A DNA stretch of 57,993 bases from a virus (IMGVR_UViG_3300032330_000317:1-57993), one strand, 5' to 3'; positions 7,522 to 16,716 are shown, numbered from the stretch's first letter. The notes: a model not told the origin generated them from the sequence alone. Made by a program: numbers and translations.

Positions 7522-10287
7522 TTATTTATTCTCCAAAGCATCAAGTCTTGCAGAAAGTTTATCAACTTTAGCAACTAGTTCATTAACTGCTGCTACTAAC
7601 AATCCATTAACTGCTGCGTAATCAACCATATCAATACCAACAGCAAAGGGTTTAACAGCATCAGGTAAAACTTTCTTAACCTGTCCAGCCAACACACCCA
7701 TAGTTGTTACAGTGCTGCTATAACCAAAAGGCTCAGCCTCTACTTTATAGTTGTATGAGTAACCATTCAATTGTTTAACTTTGTCCAAAGCATTAGTGAT
7801 GGTTCCATGAACATCTTTCATAGATTCGTCTGACAAAGCAAGCAAAGCTACGGCTGTACCAGCAGTCTTTAAGAGGCTTCCCTTAGTTGCAGCATTCTGT
7901 GTTTGAACACCTGCTTGTACTTGAGCCTCACCTTGAATGGTGGCAACAGCAAGTTTGTTAGCTCTATCTTGATCATTCTGTCCTTGTTGCCAAGCATATG
8001 TAACAGAGTCTCTATAGAGTTGTGTCTCATTGTTGTACTCTGCCAATGTCATGTTCTGTGACAACTGAGCATTCAAGTTGTTAGCTGCATTAGTTGCTGC
8101 TGTGTTGGCAGTAGAGATTTCTCTTTGCCATTGAGCATTAGACTGATCAATAACCAATCGTTGTGTGGCATTGAAAGTCTCACGTTGGTTCTGAGCCTCA
8201 GCATTAAACTTAGCCAGTGCGTTTGCTTGATCTGTATTGAATTGAGCAATTGCATTCTTCTGAGTAGAATTAAACTGACTTACTTGTGTTGACAATGTGT
8301 TGTTAAACTGATCAACCTGAGTAGTACTAGAAGCATTGAACTGCATAGCAGCATTGTTAGAAGCAGCATCAGTCAACAAAGACTGTGTCATCTGCTGTGT
8401 CTTAAACAATGTTGTTTGTTGTTGATTGCTCAAGTTAGCCATATCCATTTGCAGGAATGCCTGAGCATTAACAACAGCAGCTTGCTGTTTATTAGTTAAG
8501 TTGGTTGTTTCAAGAGAAGCAATCTGTGCAGCTTTAGCCATGATCAAAGCTTGATCATTACTCATGTTAGCCAGATTCATTGTCTGTGCTGCTTTAGAAT
8601 TCTCAAGAGCAATCTGCTGTTGAGCAGAGAAGTTCATGTTAGCTACGTCAGCAACCTTAGCAGCATTAGTAACTCTAGACTGGAAGGCTTGGTCAAAGTC
8701 TTGACCTAAGAAAGCAGCACGTTGTTGTGCGGCAAGTACAGCAGTTTGTTGTCTGTTAGACAAATTCTGTGCAGCCACTTCTTGATAAACTTTTGCATCG
8801 GCAGAAGCAATAGGAAGAGCAGCTTCAAGTGTAGCTTGAATCAAAGCTTGACCTGCCATACTGGAAGCACCAATACCTCTAGCAGCCAGTACAGCAGTGA
8901 CATTGCGAAGATTAGCAGCAGCCCAAGGTGGTGGATTACCTGAGTCAAAGTTCTTCATCAGTTTATTTAACTGACCTTGAACAGTCATCTCTTCAGTTAC
9001 TTCTCCTTTAGCTGCAGCTTCTTGTGTTGCTTTTGCAGTGGCTTCAGCTTTAGCCATATCAACAGCAGAAGATACAGTCTCACCTTCACCCAGTGTTCTA
9101 GTAGGAGCATTCTCAACTTTAGTTGCTGTTCCTTGTGCTCCTTCTAAACCAGCCACTGCTGTAGAAGTAGGAGCCATTGTCTGAGCAGCCACTTGGCTTT
9201 CTTTACCAACAGTACCTGTTACAGCATTAACATTCCTTAACAATCCTGCTACATCACCAGCAGTTTGTGCTGCTTGATATGTAGATGCTTGTACGTTTGT
9301 GGGAGCAGTAGCAGTAGACGCAGTGATGGCTCCAGCATTCTCTGCTGTGTTAGCTGTCTCTCCAGCTCTTGCTGTTGTGTCAATGTTCTGTGCTTCATTA
9401 ACATCAATCTTCTTAGCAGTGACTTGTGTTGCATCAGCATTGATTGGTTTACCTTTAGCATCAAAGGTAATATCACCACCACCAGTTACAGCACCAGTTT
9501 CTTCTCTTTGTTTACGAGCAATGTCCTGAAGGGCTTGCCAGTCTGCTTCTGTCTGTACACCTGAAGCAGCTCTAATCTCTGCATCACTCTTACCTTCTTT
9601 AAGTAAGTTATTGTAGAAGGTGGCTTTCTGTGCAGGAGTACTTGTCTTAACGTCTTCTGATACAGTGATACCACCAGCACTGGTTGTTCTTTTTCCTGCC
9701 AGATTTGTTAAGTAGTTCCAGTCAGCATCAGATTGTGTACCAGAAGCGGCTCTAATTTCTGCATCTGTTTTACCTGCTGCACGTTGAGAATTATAGTAAT
9801 CCGCTTTTTGTTCAGGTGTAGTAAGTGCTGCTGTTGTATTAACACCACCACCAGTAGTTGATTGAAGTTGATTACCAGTACTGGTTCCAAGGTTAGCAGT
9901 GTTATTAGTGTTCTGTTTAACAGAACCATCACTACCTCCGTCTGCTGTATTAGTCGGAGCTTGTTGCCACATGCTGAGGGACATATCCCCACCCTCAACC
10001 CAGTTCCAGTTTCCGGGAGGCTTCTTAGAAGAATCACCTAAATTATATGTACTACCATCTTCAGCAGTTAATGTATGTCCATCAACACTTCCCCCTGCTA
10101 CATACCTACGCCTCATCTTAACCAGTCCACCTTTAGCCATACGCTCAGCAAACTTATTGGTGATGGCAGCATACTTGGCTTCCAGTGCAGGAGAAGATGC
10201 AATGAACTCATCAAAGCCTTGCATAGGACCATCGTATCCTAGCTTCCTAGCTACGATCTCCTTTTGTTGTGCTGTAAAATCTTTCAT
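7522..10287 (-). CDS. Internal virion protein, Q/N/A-rich, with a C-terminal peptidase S74-like intramolecular chaperone
   Basis: Long QFN/QAN-rich coiled region. The C-terminus LSDESMK...ALDKVKQLNGYSYNYK...GVLAGQV...VDYAAVNGLLVAAVNEL matches the S74 pattern. Confidence 0.7.
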   Translation of the reverse strand: MKDFTAQQKEIVARKLGYDGPMQGFDEFIASSPALEAKYAAITNKFAERMAKGGLVKMRRRYVAGGSVDGHTLTAEDGSTYNLGDSSKKPPGNWNWVEGGDMSLSMWQQAPTNTADGGSDGSVKQNTNNTANLGTSTGNQLQSTTGGGVNTTAALTTPEQKADYYNSQRAAGKTDAEIRAASGTQSDADWNYLTNLAGKRTTSAGGITVSEDVKTSTPAQKATFYNNLLKEGKSDAEIRAASGVQTEADWQALQDIARKQREETGAVTGGGDITFDAKGKPINADATQVTAKKIDVNEAQNIDTTARAGETANTAENAGAITASTATAPTNVQASTYQAAQTAGDVAGLLRNVNAVTGTVGKESQVAAQTMAPTSTAVAGLEGAQGTATKVENAPTRTLGEGETVSSAVDMAKAEATAKATQEAAAKGEVTEEMTVQGQLNKLMKNFDSGNPPPWAAANLRNVTAVLAARGIGASSMAGQALIQATLEAALPIASADAKVYQEVAAQNLSNRQQTAVLAAQQRAAFLGQDFDQAFQSRVTNAAKVADVANMNFSAQQQIALENSKAAQTMNLANMSNDQALIMAKAAQIASLETTNLTNKQQAAVVNAQAFLQMDMANLSNQQQTTLFKTQQMTQSLLTDAASNNAAMQFNASSTTQVDQFNNTLSTQVSQFNSTQKNAIAQFNTDQANALAKFNAEAQNQRETFNATQRLVIDQSNAQWQREISTANTAATNAANNLNAQLSQNMTLAEYNNETQLYRDSVTYAWQQGQNDQDRANKLAVATIQGEAQVQAGVQTQNAATKGSLLKTAGTAVALLALSDESMKDVHGTITNALDKVKQLNGYSYNYKVEAEPFGYSSTVTTMGVLAGQVKKVLPDAVKPFAVGIDMVDYAAVNGLLVAAVNELVAKVDKLSARLDALENK

Positions 10288-10595
10288 ATGTTTCTTGGTT
10301 TCTCTATTGCTTCTGTCATATAAGTAAGTATATTTCTATTATCTCTTAAGAGTGCTATCACTCCAACAGCTAGACAGTATACTTGTCTCTCAGACATGTT
10401 TAATTGGAAGCAGTCGTCTATAGCGTGGATACATTCATGTAGTAACGTATCTACTTCCGCTAAGGGGTGCTGACCAGACTTAATTTTAATTACATAATCA
10501 GTGTAGTCAAACTCGCCTAACTGATTTGGTAATTCATCCACAACCTTTATAGGTACTTCTCTACCTACGATACTGAGAGAAGAAGGAAGTTGCAT
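10284..10595 (-). CDS. Small zincin-like metallopeptidase-domain protein
   Basis: DTLLHECIHAI contains an HExxH motif. Confidence 0.65.
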   Translation of the reverse strand: MQLPSSLSIVGREVPIKVVDELPNQLGEFDYTDYVIKIKSGQHPLAEVDTLLHECIHAIDDCFQLNMSERQVYCLAVGVIALLRDNRNILTYMTEAIEKPRNI

Positions 10596-10613
10596 TATAT
10601 ATCTTTATCTATT

Positions 10614-10642
10614 GTCATACCACAAATATGGCACTTAGTCAA
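10614..10642 (-). promoter_or_regulatory. Putative promoter for the internal-protein operon
   Basis: Minus strand TTGACT-N17-TATGAC in the intergenic gap. Confidence 0.5.
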
Positions 10643-11257
10643 TCATCTTGACAAAACATCAACAGCTTTGTTAATGTGTAGGATACGGTCTTCAAGACCA
10701 ATTGTGCCACCATTAATAACTTTTGTCATCTTAACAAAGTCTTTACTGTTGGCGTATTTGTTAAGACCATGCGTCTGCCAGAACCATCCGGCTGTCATGG
10801 CTGCAAATCTAGGCGTTCTGACCAAGTCAGGGTTTCTAACAAAGTCTTCACCTAATGCTTGACCAGCGTGGAAGAAGTTTGCATTGCCAGTTAGCTGAAG
10901 AAATCCGGATCCCCGGTACAACCACCCATCCCCAGAGGCTTCGTCTCTGTTTCCCATACGATTGCCATAAATCCTATTGGCAATCTTCTGTGGCTGTTTC
11001 TCATACTGAGCTGCTGTCTCTGGCGTAAATCCCCACTGACGCTTAGGAGTTTGTGGGAATAACTTCAATAGTGTTGCTGCTCTGTAGTTAAGGTTTTCTT
11101 CCAATACTTTAAAGTTGCCACACTCATGTCCACACTGACCAATCCAACTAGCTTGCTGAATAGGAGAAGTAATACCAAAGCGTTCAAATGTCTCATTAAA
11201 GCTATCTGCCAATGAAGGATCAATATGAAGTTGTCTTAGTTGTTCACTGTTTACCAT
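10643..11257 (-). CDS. Endolysin, glycoside hydrolase family 19
   Basis: QCGHECGNF..LEENLNY, YRGSGFLQLTG and TKVINGGTIGLEDR are GH19 signatures. Confidence 0.9.
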   Translation of the reverse strand: MVNSEQLRQLHIDPSLADSFNETFERFGITSPIQQASWIGQCGHECGNFKVLEENLNYRAATLLKLFPQTPKRQWGFTPETAAQYEKQPQKIANRIYGNRMGNRDEASGDGWLYRGSGFLQLTGNANFFHAGQALGEDFVRNPDLVRTPRFAAMTAGWFWQTHGLNKYANSKDFVKMTKVINGGTIGLEDRILHINKAVDVLSR

Positions 11258-11714
11258 TTGCCAATTCCCTCATTTCGTTGTAGGCTGCGACACAGGCTTG
11301 ATGTTTGACGATGGCTTTGTCTCCTTCGGCAACGATGTCGATAAGAGCGTTGATAGTCTGTCGCTCAAGTTCGCTTGGCTCGTCTCTGCTATTTCCTGTG
11401 GCAGAGGCGGTATCTGTGCTGGCTTGTACACAACTGGTGGCGGGGAGCCGCAACCTACCAGTGTTAGCAAGCTCACGCATAGCAGACTGTTTCTTAGATA
11501 CTTCATTTTGGGCCTTTCTCAAAGCTGTCTCTTTGTCAGCTAATTTAGAAGTCATGTTTTTTTCAAGTTCACGAGCTTCTTCATTCTTCTTAGCAATTTC
11601 AATTTGCATTTCCTGATCTCTGTCTGTCCATCCGTAGTGGTAGCCACCACGATATGTACCAAACAGTGCAACTATTACACCAATGATTAACCAAGGTAGT
11701 GGGATAGGAAACAT
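11244..11714 (-). CDS. Inner-membrane spanin (Rz-like)
   Basis: N-terminal transmembrane segment and coiled coil, next to the endolysin, with a nested lipoprotein ORF. Confidence 0.8.
   Translation of the reverse strand: MFPIPLPWLIIGVIVALFGTYRGGYHYGWTDRDQEMQIEIAKKNEEARELEKNMTSKLADKETALRKAQNEVSKKQSAMRELANTGRLRLPATSCVQASTDTASATGNSRDEPSELERQTINALIDIVAEGDKAIVKHQACVAAYNEMRELANGKQ
11270..11506 (-). CDS. Outer-membrane lipoprotein spanin (Rz1-like), nested in the Rz-like gene
   Basis: Signal peptide with lipobox LVGC followed by a Pro-rich mature part, fully embedded in another frame. Confidence 0.8.
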   Translation of the reverse strand: MKYLRNSLLCVSLLTLVGCGSPPPVVYKPAQIPPLPQEIAETSQANLSDRLSTLLSTSLPKETKPSSNIKPVSQPTTK

Positions 11715-12253
11715 TATTCAGATTCTTTCCTAGCTGCTGCAATTTCCTCACGCTCATGATCAGGCTCCAAATGTTCTGGAGGTGTTGTAGGAGGTGGAGG
11801 AGGAGTCCAAGACTCATCTAGTTCTGGGTTCTTCCATACTGGCATAGCCCCGAAAGGCTGGCTAGGAAGGCCATAGGAAGACTGTGGAGGAGCGTAGCTA
11901 CCCCCATAGCTACCAGCACATGGCTGCTGCATTGTAGGGGTGCTAGGCTTGAATGCGTTGGTGGCTGAGTTAACAGCCCTCTTACCTACAATACCACCAA
12001 TACCACCCACAATAAGCAACACAATGTCATTCAACATCTTGGTGTAGGCTTGGTCAATCGGAGCCATACTCTTAATAGGTTGTGTCACAAATGTGACAGA
12101 GTACAGCAAAGCAAACACAATACCAAAGAGAATAATGGTAATAGCAATTACCACAAATCCCCAAATCCTAACCTCAATTTCTTCAGGGGTTAGGTTTGGT
12201 TTTGGTGGTAGTGGCTGGCTGGGAGTCAGCATTCTTATCAGTAGTTCTCTCAA
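11714..12253 (-). CDS. Two-TM membrane protein, putative holin
   Basis: Two hydrophobic helices and a Pro-rich tail, inside the lysis cassette. Confidence 0.55.
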   Translation of the reverse strand: MRELLIRMLTPSQPLPPKPNLTPEEIEVRIWGFVVIAITIILFGIVFALLYSVTFVTQPIKSMAPIDQAYTKMLNDIVLLIVGGIGGIVGKRAVNSATNAFKPSTPTMQQPCAGSYGGSYAPPQSSYGLPSQPFGAMPVWKNPELDESWTPPPPPTTPPEHLEPDHEREEIAAARKESE

Positions 12254-12425
12254 TTTGTTTCTCCAATACAGGGGCTACCAAATACTCAGGACATGTCTGA
12301 GTGAATAGGCAGCGAGGCTTCTGACATTGCTCAGCACCAAAGTTATCTGGATTCTGACAGTAGTAGCGGTAGCGATCTTCGCATCCCGCTAACAATATCA
12401 AGCACAAAGCAAATACATATTTCAT
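12183..12425 (-). CDS. Cys-rich lipoprotein
   Basis: Lipobox LAGC followed by four further Cys; overlaps the downstream membrane gene. Confidence 0.65.
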   Translation of the reverse strand: MKYVFALCLILLAGCEDRYRYYCQNPDNFGAEQCQKPRCLFTQTCPEYLVAPVLEKQIERTTDKNADSQPATTTKTKPNP

Positions 12426-12832
12426 TTCAAAGTTCTGAGTTTGTAGAGAGTGCTCAAGAAAAGAGCAACAGCTTCATCAATCAGATTCTGAATGGCTGTA
12501 TCATCTTGAGGAACAGCGGTGTAACGCATACCTTCGATGCAGTCTAACAAACACTGAAGAGTGTCAGCAATAGAACCACTGTAATCATTAGGCATGAAAG
12601 GAATATCAATGATTCCGTTTCTACCTTGATATGCTTCAGTGATGCTGTCAGCAACTTCAACGACTTCGTTATAGAAGTCATTAAGTGTTTTGTGTTCAGC
12701 AAAGCTAGTTGTTTTCAAGTGTGCTCTATGAGCAATCTCTCTGCTCAAGAACAGAGTACCAACTAGTTCACCAATAGAACCACCATTTTCTTTCATTGTT
12801 CCACGTTGTGGGACCAAACCTTTAGCCATCAT
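12422..12832 (-). CDS. Ferritin/Dps-like four-helix protein (DUF5856-like)
   Basis: HRAHLKTTSFAEHKTLNDFY...DSITEAYQG resembles the Dps ferroxidase helix pattern. Confidence 0.65.
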   Translation of the reverse strand: MMAKGLVPQRGTMKENGGSIGELVGTLFLSREIAHRAHLKTTSFAEHKTLNDFYNEVVEVADSITEAYQGRNGIIDIPFMPNDYSGSIADTLQCLLDCIEGMRYTAVPQDDTAIQNLIDEAVALFLSTLYKLRTLK

Positions 12833-12841
12833 ACTTTTCTC

Positions 12842-13015
12842 CTAAACATATACATCTACACTGTTTGCTTTTAAAACTTGCTTATCACATTGAACTTTAT
12901 GTTTTGTATCAATCTGACGATTAAGTTTCTCAAACTCTTTTAAATTCTGTTGATGAATAACTCTTTGAGTTTCTTTCAACAACTGAATATTGTACTGGTG
13001 TGGTGTTACTCTCAT
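12842..13015 (-). CDS. Hypothetical protein (57 aa, not in ORF track)
   Basis: Read by hand as MRVTPHQYNIQLLKE...VDVYV; ATGA-coupled to the upstream ORF. Confidence 0.5.
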   Translation of the reverse strand: MRVTPHQYNIQLLKETQRVIHQQNLKEFEKLNRQIDTKHKVQCDKQVLKANSVDVYV

Positions 13016-13161
13016 AACCCAATCTTTCCCAATAGAAGTGCCATAATCTTGTTTGATAAATCATCTGGTAAAAACCTAAGGAAACCCAAGAACCACCAAG
13101 CAACACACCCATAAATGAATACCTTTAGAAACATATCAAATTGTTTCTGATATTCATTCAT
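13012..13161 (-). CDS. Small membrane protein (49 aa, not in ORF track)
   Basis: Read by hand as MNEYQKQFDMFLKVFIYGCVAWWFLGFLRFLPDD...; ATGA-coupled on both sides. Confidence 0.55.
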   Translation of the reverse strand: MNEYQKQFDMFLKVFIYGCVAWWFLGFLRFLPDDLSNKIMALLLGKIGL

Positions 13162-13664
13162 CGTCTGTTACCTCCACATCTATGAGTTGTTTGACAGAAG
13201 TCCATCATCTCATTAACACCAACAAACACTAAGAATAAAACAAAAGCACAAGCACTAATAATCATCACAAGTTCTTGCTGCTCTTGTTGTTTTTCTTTAG
13301 CCTTCTTTTCTTCAGCTTTCAATGCTGCCATCTCTTTAGCATCATCTCTATCCATCTCTGCTTGACGAGCCTTGATCTTGTTCCAGACATCAATCTTTCC
13401 TGTCTGCATAAACAACATCTTTAGTTCCTCTTCAAATGCTCTAGCCTGTTCCAAAGCCATTTCAATTTGAAGAGCGTCCCCCATGTTGGAACCCTTCTTC
13501 TCTCTCTTCGCTTGAAGCATAGCCTTAGTAGCTTGGCTCTTAGCATCAAACATCTTGCCAATCATAGGAGCAAGACCGCCAATATCGTTGGCTACCTTGC
13601 TTGCCTTCTTGACCATGCTAATGGCATTCTGTAGGCCATTGAGTGCGCTGATCGGATCAATCAT
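13158..13664 (-). CDS. Coiled-coil protein with a C-terminal membrane anchor
   Basis: 168 aa helical ORF with a TM segment near the C-terminus. Confidence 0.6.
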   Translation of the reverse strand: MIDPISALNGLQNAISMVKKASKVANDIGGLAPMIGKMFDAKSQATKAMLQAKREKKGSNMGDALQIEMALEQARAFEEELKMLFMQTGKIDVWNKIKARQAEMDRDDAKEMAALKAEEKKAKEKQQEQQELVMIISACAFVLFLVFVGVNEMMDFCQTTHRCGGNRR

Positions 13665-13826
13665 TTATTCCACCTTCTTCCACTGTAGACAGGTGACATA
13701 TGTCTTACCATCTACTTGCTTCCATGTCCACCGGACACATCTATACTTCTCCTCCTTGGAAGCAACAGGGAAAGATAATAAAATTATTAATGCTACTGAT
13801 GTAGCTTGTTTTCTATAGCCAGCCAT
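13665..13826 (-). CDS. Small putative secreted protein (53 aa, not in ORF track)
   Basis: Hydrophobic leader followed by KYRCVRWTW...TCLQWKK; fills the gap between genes. Confidence 0.4.
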   Translation of the reverse strand: MAGYRKQATSVALIILLSFPVASKEEKYRCVRWTWKQVDGKTYVTCLQWKKVE

Positions 13827-14020
13827 ATAGCACCGAAGAAAGCACCAATGACTATCAAAGGTTTAACGGCTTTAGCAATCCACTCTAGTACAGTGAATGC
13901 ACCAGAGGCTGCATTAAAAGCTGCAACAATTGCCTTAGTGTTTTCATCTAAAGTATCCACCTTAGTTTCAACAGCACATAGGCGTTCATAAATTTGAGCG
14001 TGACTAATATCTTGATCCAT
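13793..14020 (-). CDS. Small membrane protein (holin/haemolysin XhlA-like topology)
   Basis: Short coiled coil followed by a C-terminal TM helix. Confidence 0.5.
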   Translation of the reverse strand: MDQDISHAQIYERLCAVETKVDTLDENTKAIVAAFNAASGAFTVLEWIAKAVKPLIVIGAFFGAIWLAIENKLHQ

Positions 14021-14026
14021 AATTAT

Positions 14027-14977
14027 TTATAGATTACCTGTATTAGTTGAGGGGAAAGATCTATTTATTGCGGGCCATATAATACGGACAGCACCTCCTC
14101 CACCTGCTCCACTGTAGCCAGAGCCTGAGTTTGACGCACCACCACCTCCTCCATAATCACCACCAGCTCCGCCATATCGTCCACTGGACCCAGAACAAGT
14201 TACACCTGTAGTTCCACCACTTCCACCAGTTCCGCCACCTGCTGTGACAACACCGCTACAACCTTGTCCAAGAATACCTACTCCGCCTCCGCCAGAATCT
14301 TGAGTGCCACCAGCACCTCCTCCGCTAGTACTTGCAGTTGCTGATCCTGTGTTTTGACCTGCTCCGTTACCACCTGCACTGGAGTAACCACCTGCTCCTC
14401 CTCCACCTGAACGACCGCAGGTAGAACTTCTACCACCAGCACCACCATTACCACCTAGTACACCTGTACCTGAATATGTGCCACCAGTAGCAACATAGTT
14501 TCTGCTACCACCTTGACCACCTCCAGCAGTGACAGACAAAACAGTAGAACTACAACCAGAGAGTCCGTCACCGATAGTACTACAACCACTACATCGGGCT
14601 GCTCCGCCAGCTCCTACAACAACGGTATAACTAGCACCCGGGGTAGTAGAAATATTATTTTTATAAGCCAAAGCACCGCCACCGCCACCACCAGTACGCC
14701 TTCCAAAAAGACTATCATAAGAACCACTACCACCGCCACCAACTGCAACTACGGAAACAGAAGATACACAAGCAGGAGCAACCCATGTATAAGTACCGGG
14801 TGTTGTATACGACTGTTGACTAGGCGGAGGAAGACCAGCAGTAGGCCATAAATCTTTTTTTGTCCAGTATGCTTGTTCTTCAATTGTCCAAACACCAGAG
14901 GCTGTACTGGTTGAATAAGGACCAGAAGGCGTTACTGGATTTTTCGTAATTAAACCACCGGGAAATTGTTTGCTCAT
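14027..14977 (-). CDS. Glycine-rich tail fibre/receptor-binding module 3
   Basis: VVAVGGGGSG...GGGGAVRIIW glycine-rich domain. Confidence 0.7.
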   Translation of the reverse strand: MSKQFPGGLITKNPVTPSGPYSTSTASGVWTIEEQAYWTKKDLWPTAGLPPPSQQSYTTPGTYTWVAPACVSSVSVVAVGGGGSGSYDSLFGRRTGGGGGGALAYKNNISTTPGASYTVVVGAGGAARCSGCSTIGDGLSGCSSTVLSVTAGGGQGGSRNYVATGGTYSGTGVLGGNGGAGGRSSTCGRSGGGGAGGYSSAGGNGAGQNTGSATASTSGGGAGGTQDSGGGGVGILGQGCSGVVTAGGGTGGSGGTTGVTCSGSSGRYGGAGGDYGGGGGASNSGSGYSGAGGGGAVRIIWPAINRSFPSTNTGNL

Positions 14978-15234
14978 GCTTCAACCTTTTCTCTATGCTT
15001 TACTTTAGATGTGATGATAGCAGTTGATGTATCTCTATCCATTGTCATGTACCCACGACAAGTAATGTTATAGTCTATTCCGTTTGAATCTTTTTCACTT
15101 TTTACTGGAACAGTGATATCTAAGTTCTTAAATAAAAACTCTTTACCATCTTCAAATACTCTCCAAACATGGTCTACTGTTCCTCTTCCTATTTGACCTC
15201 GACTTTTATTAAATCGAATTTGGTATGTCTTCAT
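14974..15234 (-). CDS. Hypothetical protein
   Basis: 86 aa coupled ORF with an IRFNKSRG...HVWRVFE motif. Confidence 0.6.
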   Translation of the reverse strand: MKTYQIRFNKSRGQIGRGTVDHVWRVFEDGKEFLFKNLDITVPVKSEKDSNGIDYNITCRGYMTMDRDTSTAIITSKVKHREKVEA

Positions 15235-15950
15235 ACAACCTCCGCAGGTGGCGGAACATCACATGAAACTTTAGGAACATTTTGTACAGTTAAATTAAAA
15301 TGTACAAATTTAATTGGTAACTCACTTGCATGACGAGTAAACGAATGAGCCATCCAAGAATTAGTAAAGATTAACAATCCGGGTTTTGGTGCAAAGTTAA
15401 TTGCTTTACTAGCAGGGGTTGCTACATTCATGTCTTGTTCCGGCAAATCAATTTGTACTTTTGCAGAACGTGGATCATGAAATACAACCCGAGAAGAATT
15501 CTCAGGTGTCTCTAAAAAATAAAAGCCTACAATTTGTGAACCAAAGCCATGAACATGTTGTTCCATTGCAGAATGTTTATGATGTTCTTGAGTCCACATC
15601 TCCATAAATGAAACAGCTTTTTCCTGCATGTCAAAGCCTTGTTCATTTAAAATATTCCAAGCTGTAGAACCAACAAACTCAGAAAATTTAGAAATTCTAG
15701 GATCATCAAAATAGTTACTACTCATGATCACAGGATAAATTTCATCAATGGTTTTCTTTTTACGTTCAACTTCTAAAAATTCTTCGGATACTGTATTAAC
15801 AGAATCTAAAAAGTCAGGACGTTCAATTAAATAAATTGGACAAGGAAAATGATATGCAACTTGAAGCTGTGTATTCTGTATGACTTCTGCTACCTGTTCG
15901 GCTGCTTTGCATACCTTTTGTTTTGATTTTTTGCTTGATGTTTTTGACAT
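15231..15950 (-). CDS. Putative 2OG-Fe(II) oxygenase (TIGR02466-like)
   Basis: HVH, FHDPR, PKPGLLIFTNSWMAHSF and FVHFN fit the double-stranded beta-helix oxygenase pattern. Confidence 0.75.
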   Translation of the reverse strand: MSKTSSKKSKQKVCKAAEQVAEVIQNTQLQVAYHFPCPIYLIERPDFLDSVNTVSEEFLEVERKKKTIDEIYPVIMSSNYFDDPRISKFSEFVGSTAWNILNEQGFDMQEKAVSFMEMWTQEHHKHSAMEQHVHGFGSQIVGFYFLETPENSSRVVFHDPRSAKVQIDLPEQDMNVATPASKAINFAPKPGLLIFTNSWMAHSFTRHASELPIKFVHFNLTVQNVPKVSCDVPPPAEVV

Positions 15951-15967
15951 TAGGTTAGCCTTTAAGG

Positions 15968-16366
15968 TTACGTTATTTCTGTCCATGAAGTAATAGATTC
16001 ATCCCAACGATATACTTTACCATCGTTTGGATAAGGTGTAGGGGGAACAAAAGAACATGTTGTTGGGTTGAATGTCCAAGAAGGAAATCCGTTTTCTTCC
16101 CAGTCTGCTTTAAGTTTGTTTTGTTTTATTGTAATTTCTTCATCAGTCATACTGCGTGTATGCCACACATCTTTATAAACACCATCAACTAATTCATAGG
16201 TAGGTTCTGTAGTAACCCAAACTTCATAAACATTTAATACTGGTTTGGTGATACGTTCAAAGGGAACCCAGTGTTCAGGAATAGTCTTGAACACATCTAT
16301 TAAATTTTCTTCCAAAGCAGGATGATTCTTTGGTTGTCCGTTTTCAATTTCTATATATAACTTCAT
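15968..16366 (-). CDS. Putative tail-fibre accessory/assembly protein
   Basis: C-terminal PSW..N..TC..PP.PYP.D.K.Y.WDE...SW motif, shared with 16381-16716. Confidence 0.55.
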   Translation of the reverse strand: MKLYIEIENGQPKNHPALEENLIDVFKTIPEHWVPFERITKPVLNVYEVWVTTEPTYELVDGVYKDVWHTRSMTDEEITIKQNKLKADWEENGFPSWTFNPTTCSFVPPTPYPNDGKVYRWDESITSWTEIT

Positions 16367-16380
16367 GACTACCTCAAGAA

Positions 16381-16716
16381 TTAAAGACTAATCCAAGACA
16401 GTGTAGGTTCGTCCCAAATATATATTTTGTTATCTTCTGGGTAAGGAACTGGAGCTTCCCAAAGACATGTATCTTCATTCAATAACCAACTTGGATGTGG
16501 TTTAGGTGGAATAAATGCATCACGTTGAGCATCATATGTATAACCTACTCCAGCATAATTTTTACGAAGTGCTCTTCCTTCAGGATGTTGACCACCATGA
16601 GTATTGTATGATGTCTGTAACCAACCTGTACCGAATGCACCAGAATCAATGACATCCTGATCAGCCACGATAACCTGTGTAACAATACCGTTTTCTACTT
16701 TTGCAAAATGTGTCAT
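16381..16716 (-). CDS. Putative tail-fibre accessory/assembly protein
   Basis: MTHFAKVENGIVTQVIV...WLQTSYN...RKNYAGVGYTYD; follows the glycine-rich genes. Confidence 0.6.
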   Translation of the reverse strand: MTHFAKVENGIVTQVIVADQDVIDSGAFGTGWLQTSYNTHGGQHPEGRALRKNYAGVGYTYDAQRDAFIPPKPHPSWLLNEDTCLWEAPVPYPEDNKIYIWDEPTLSWISL

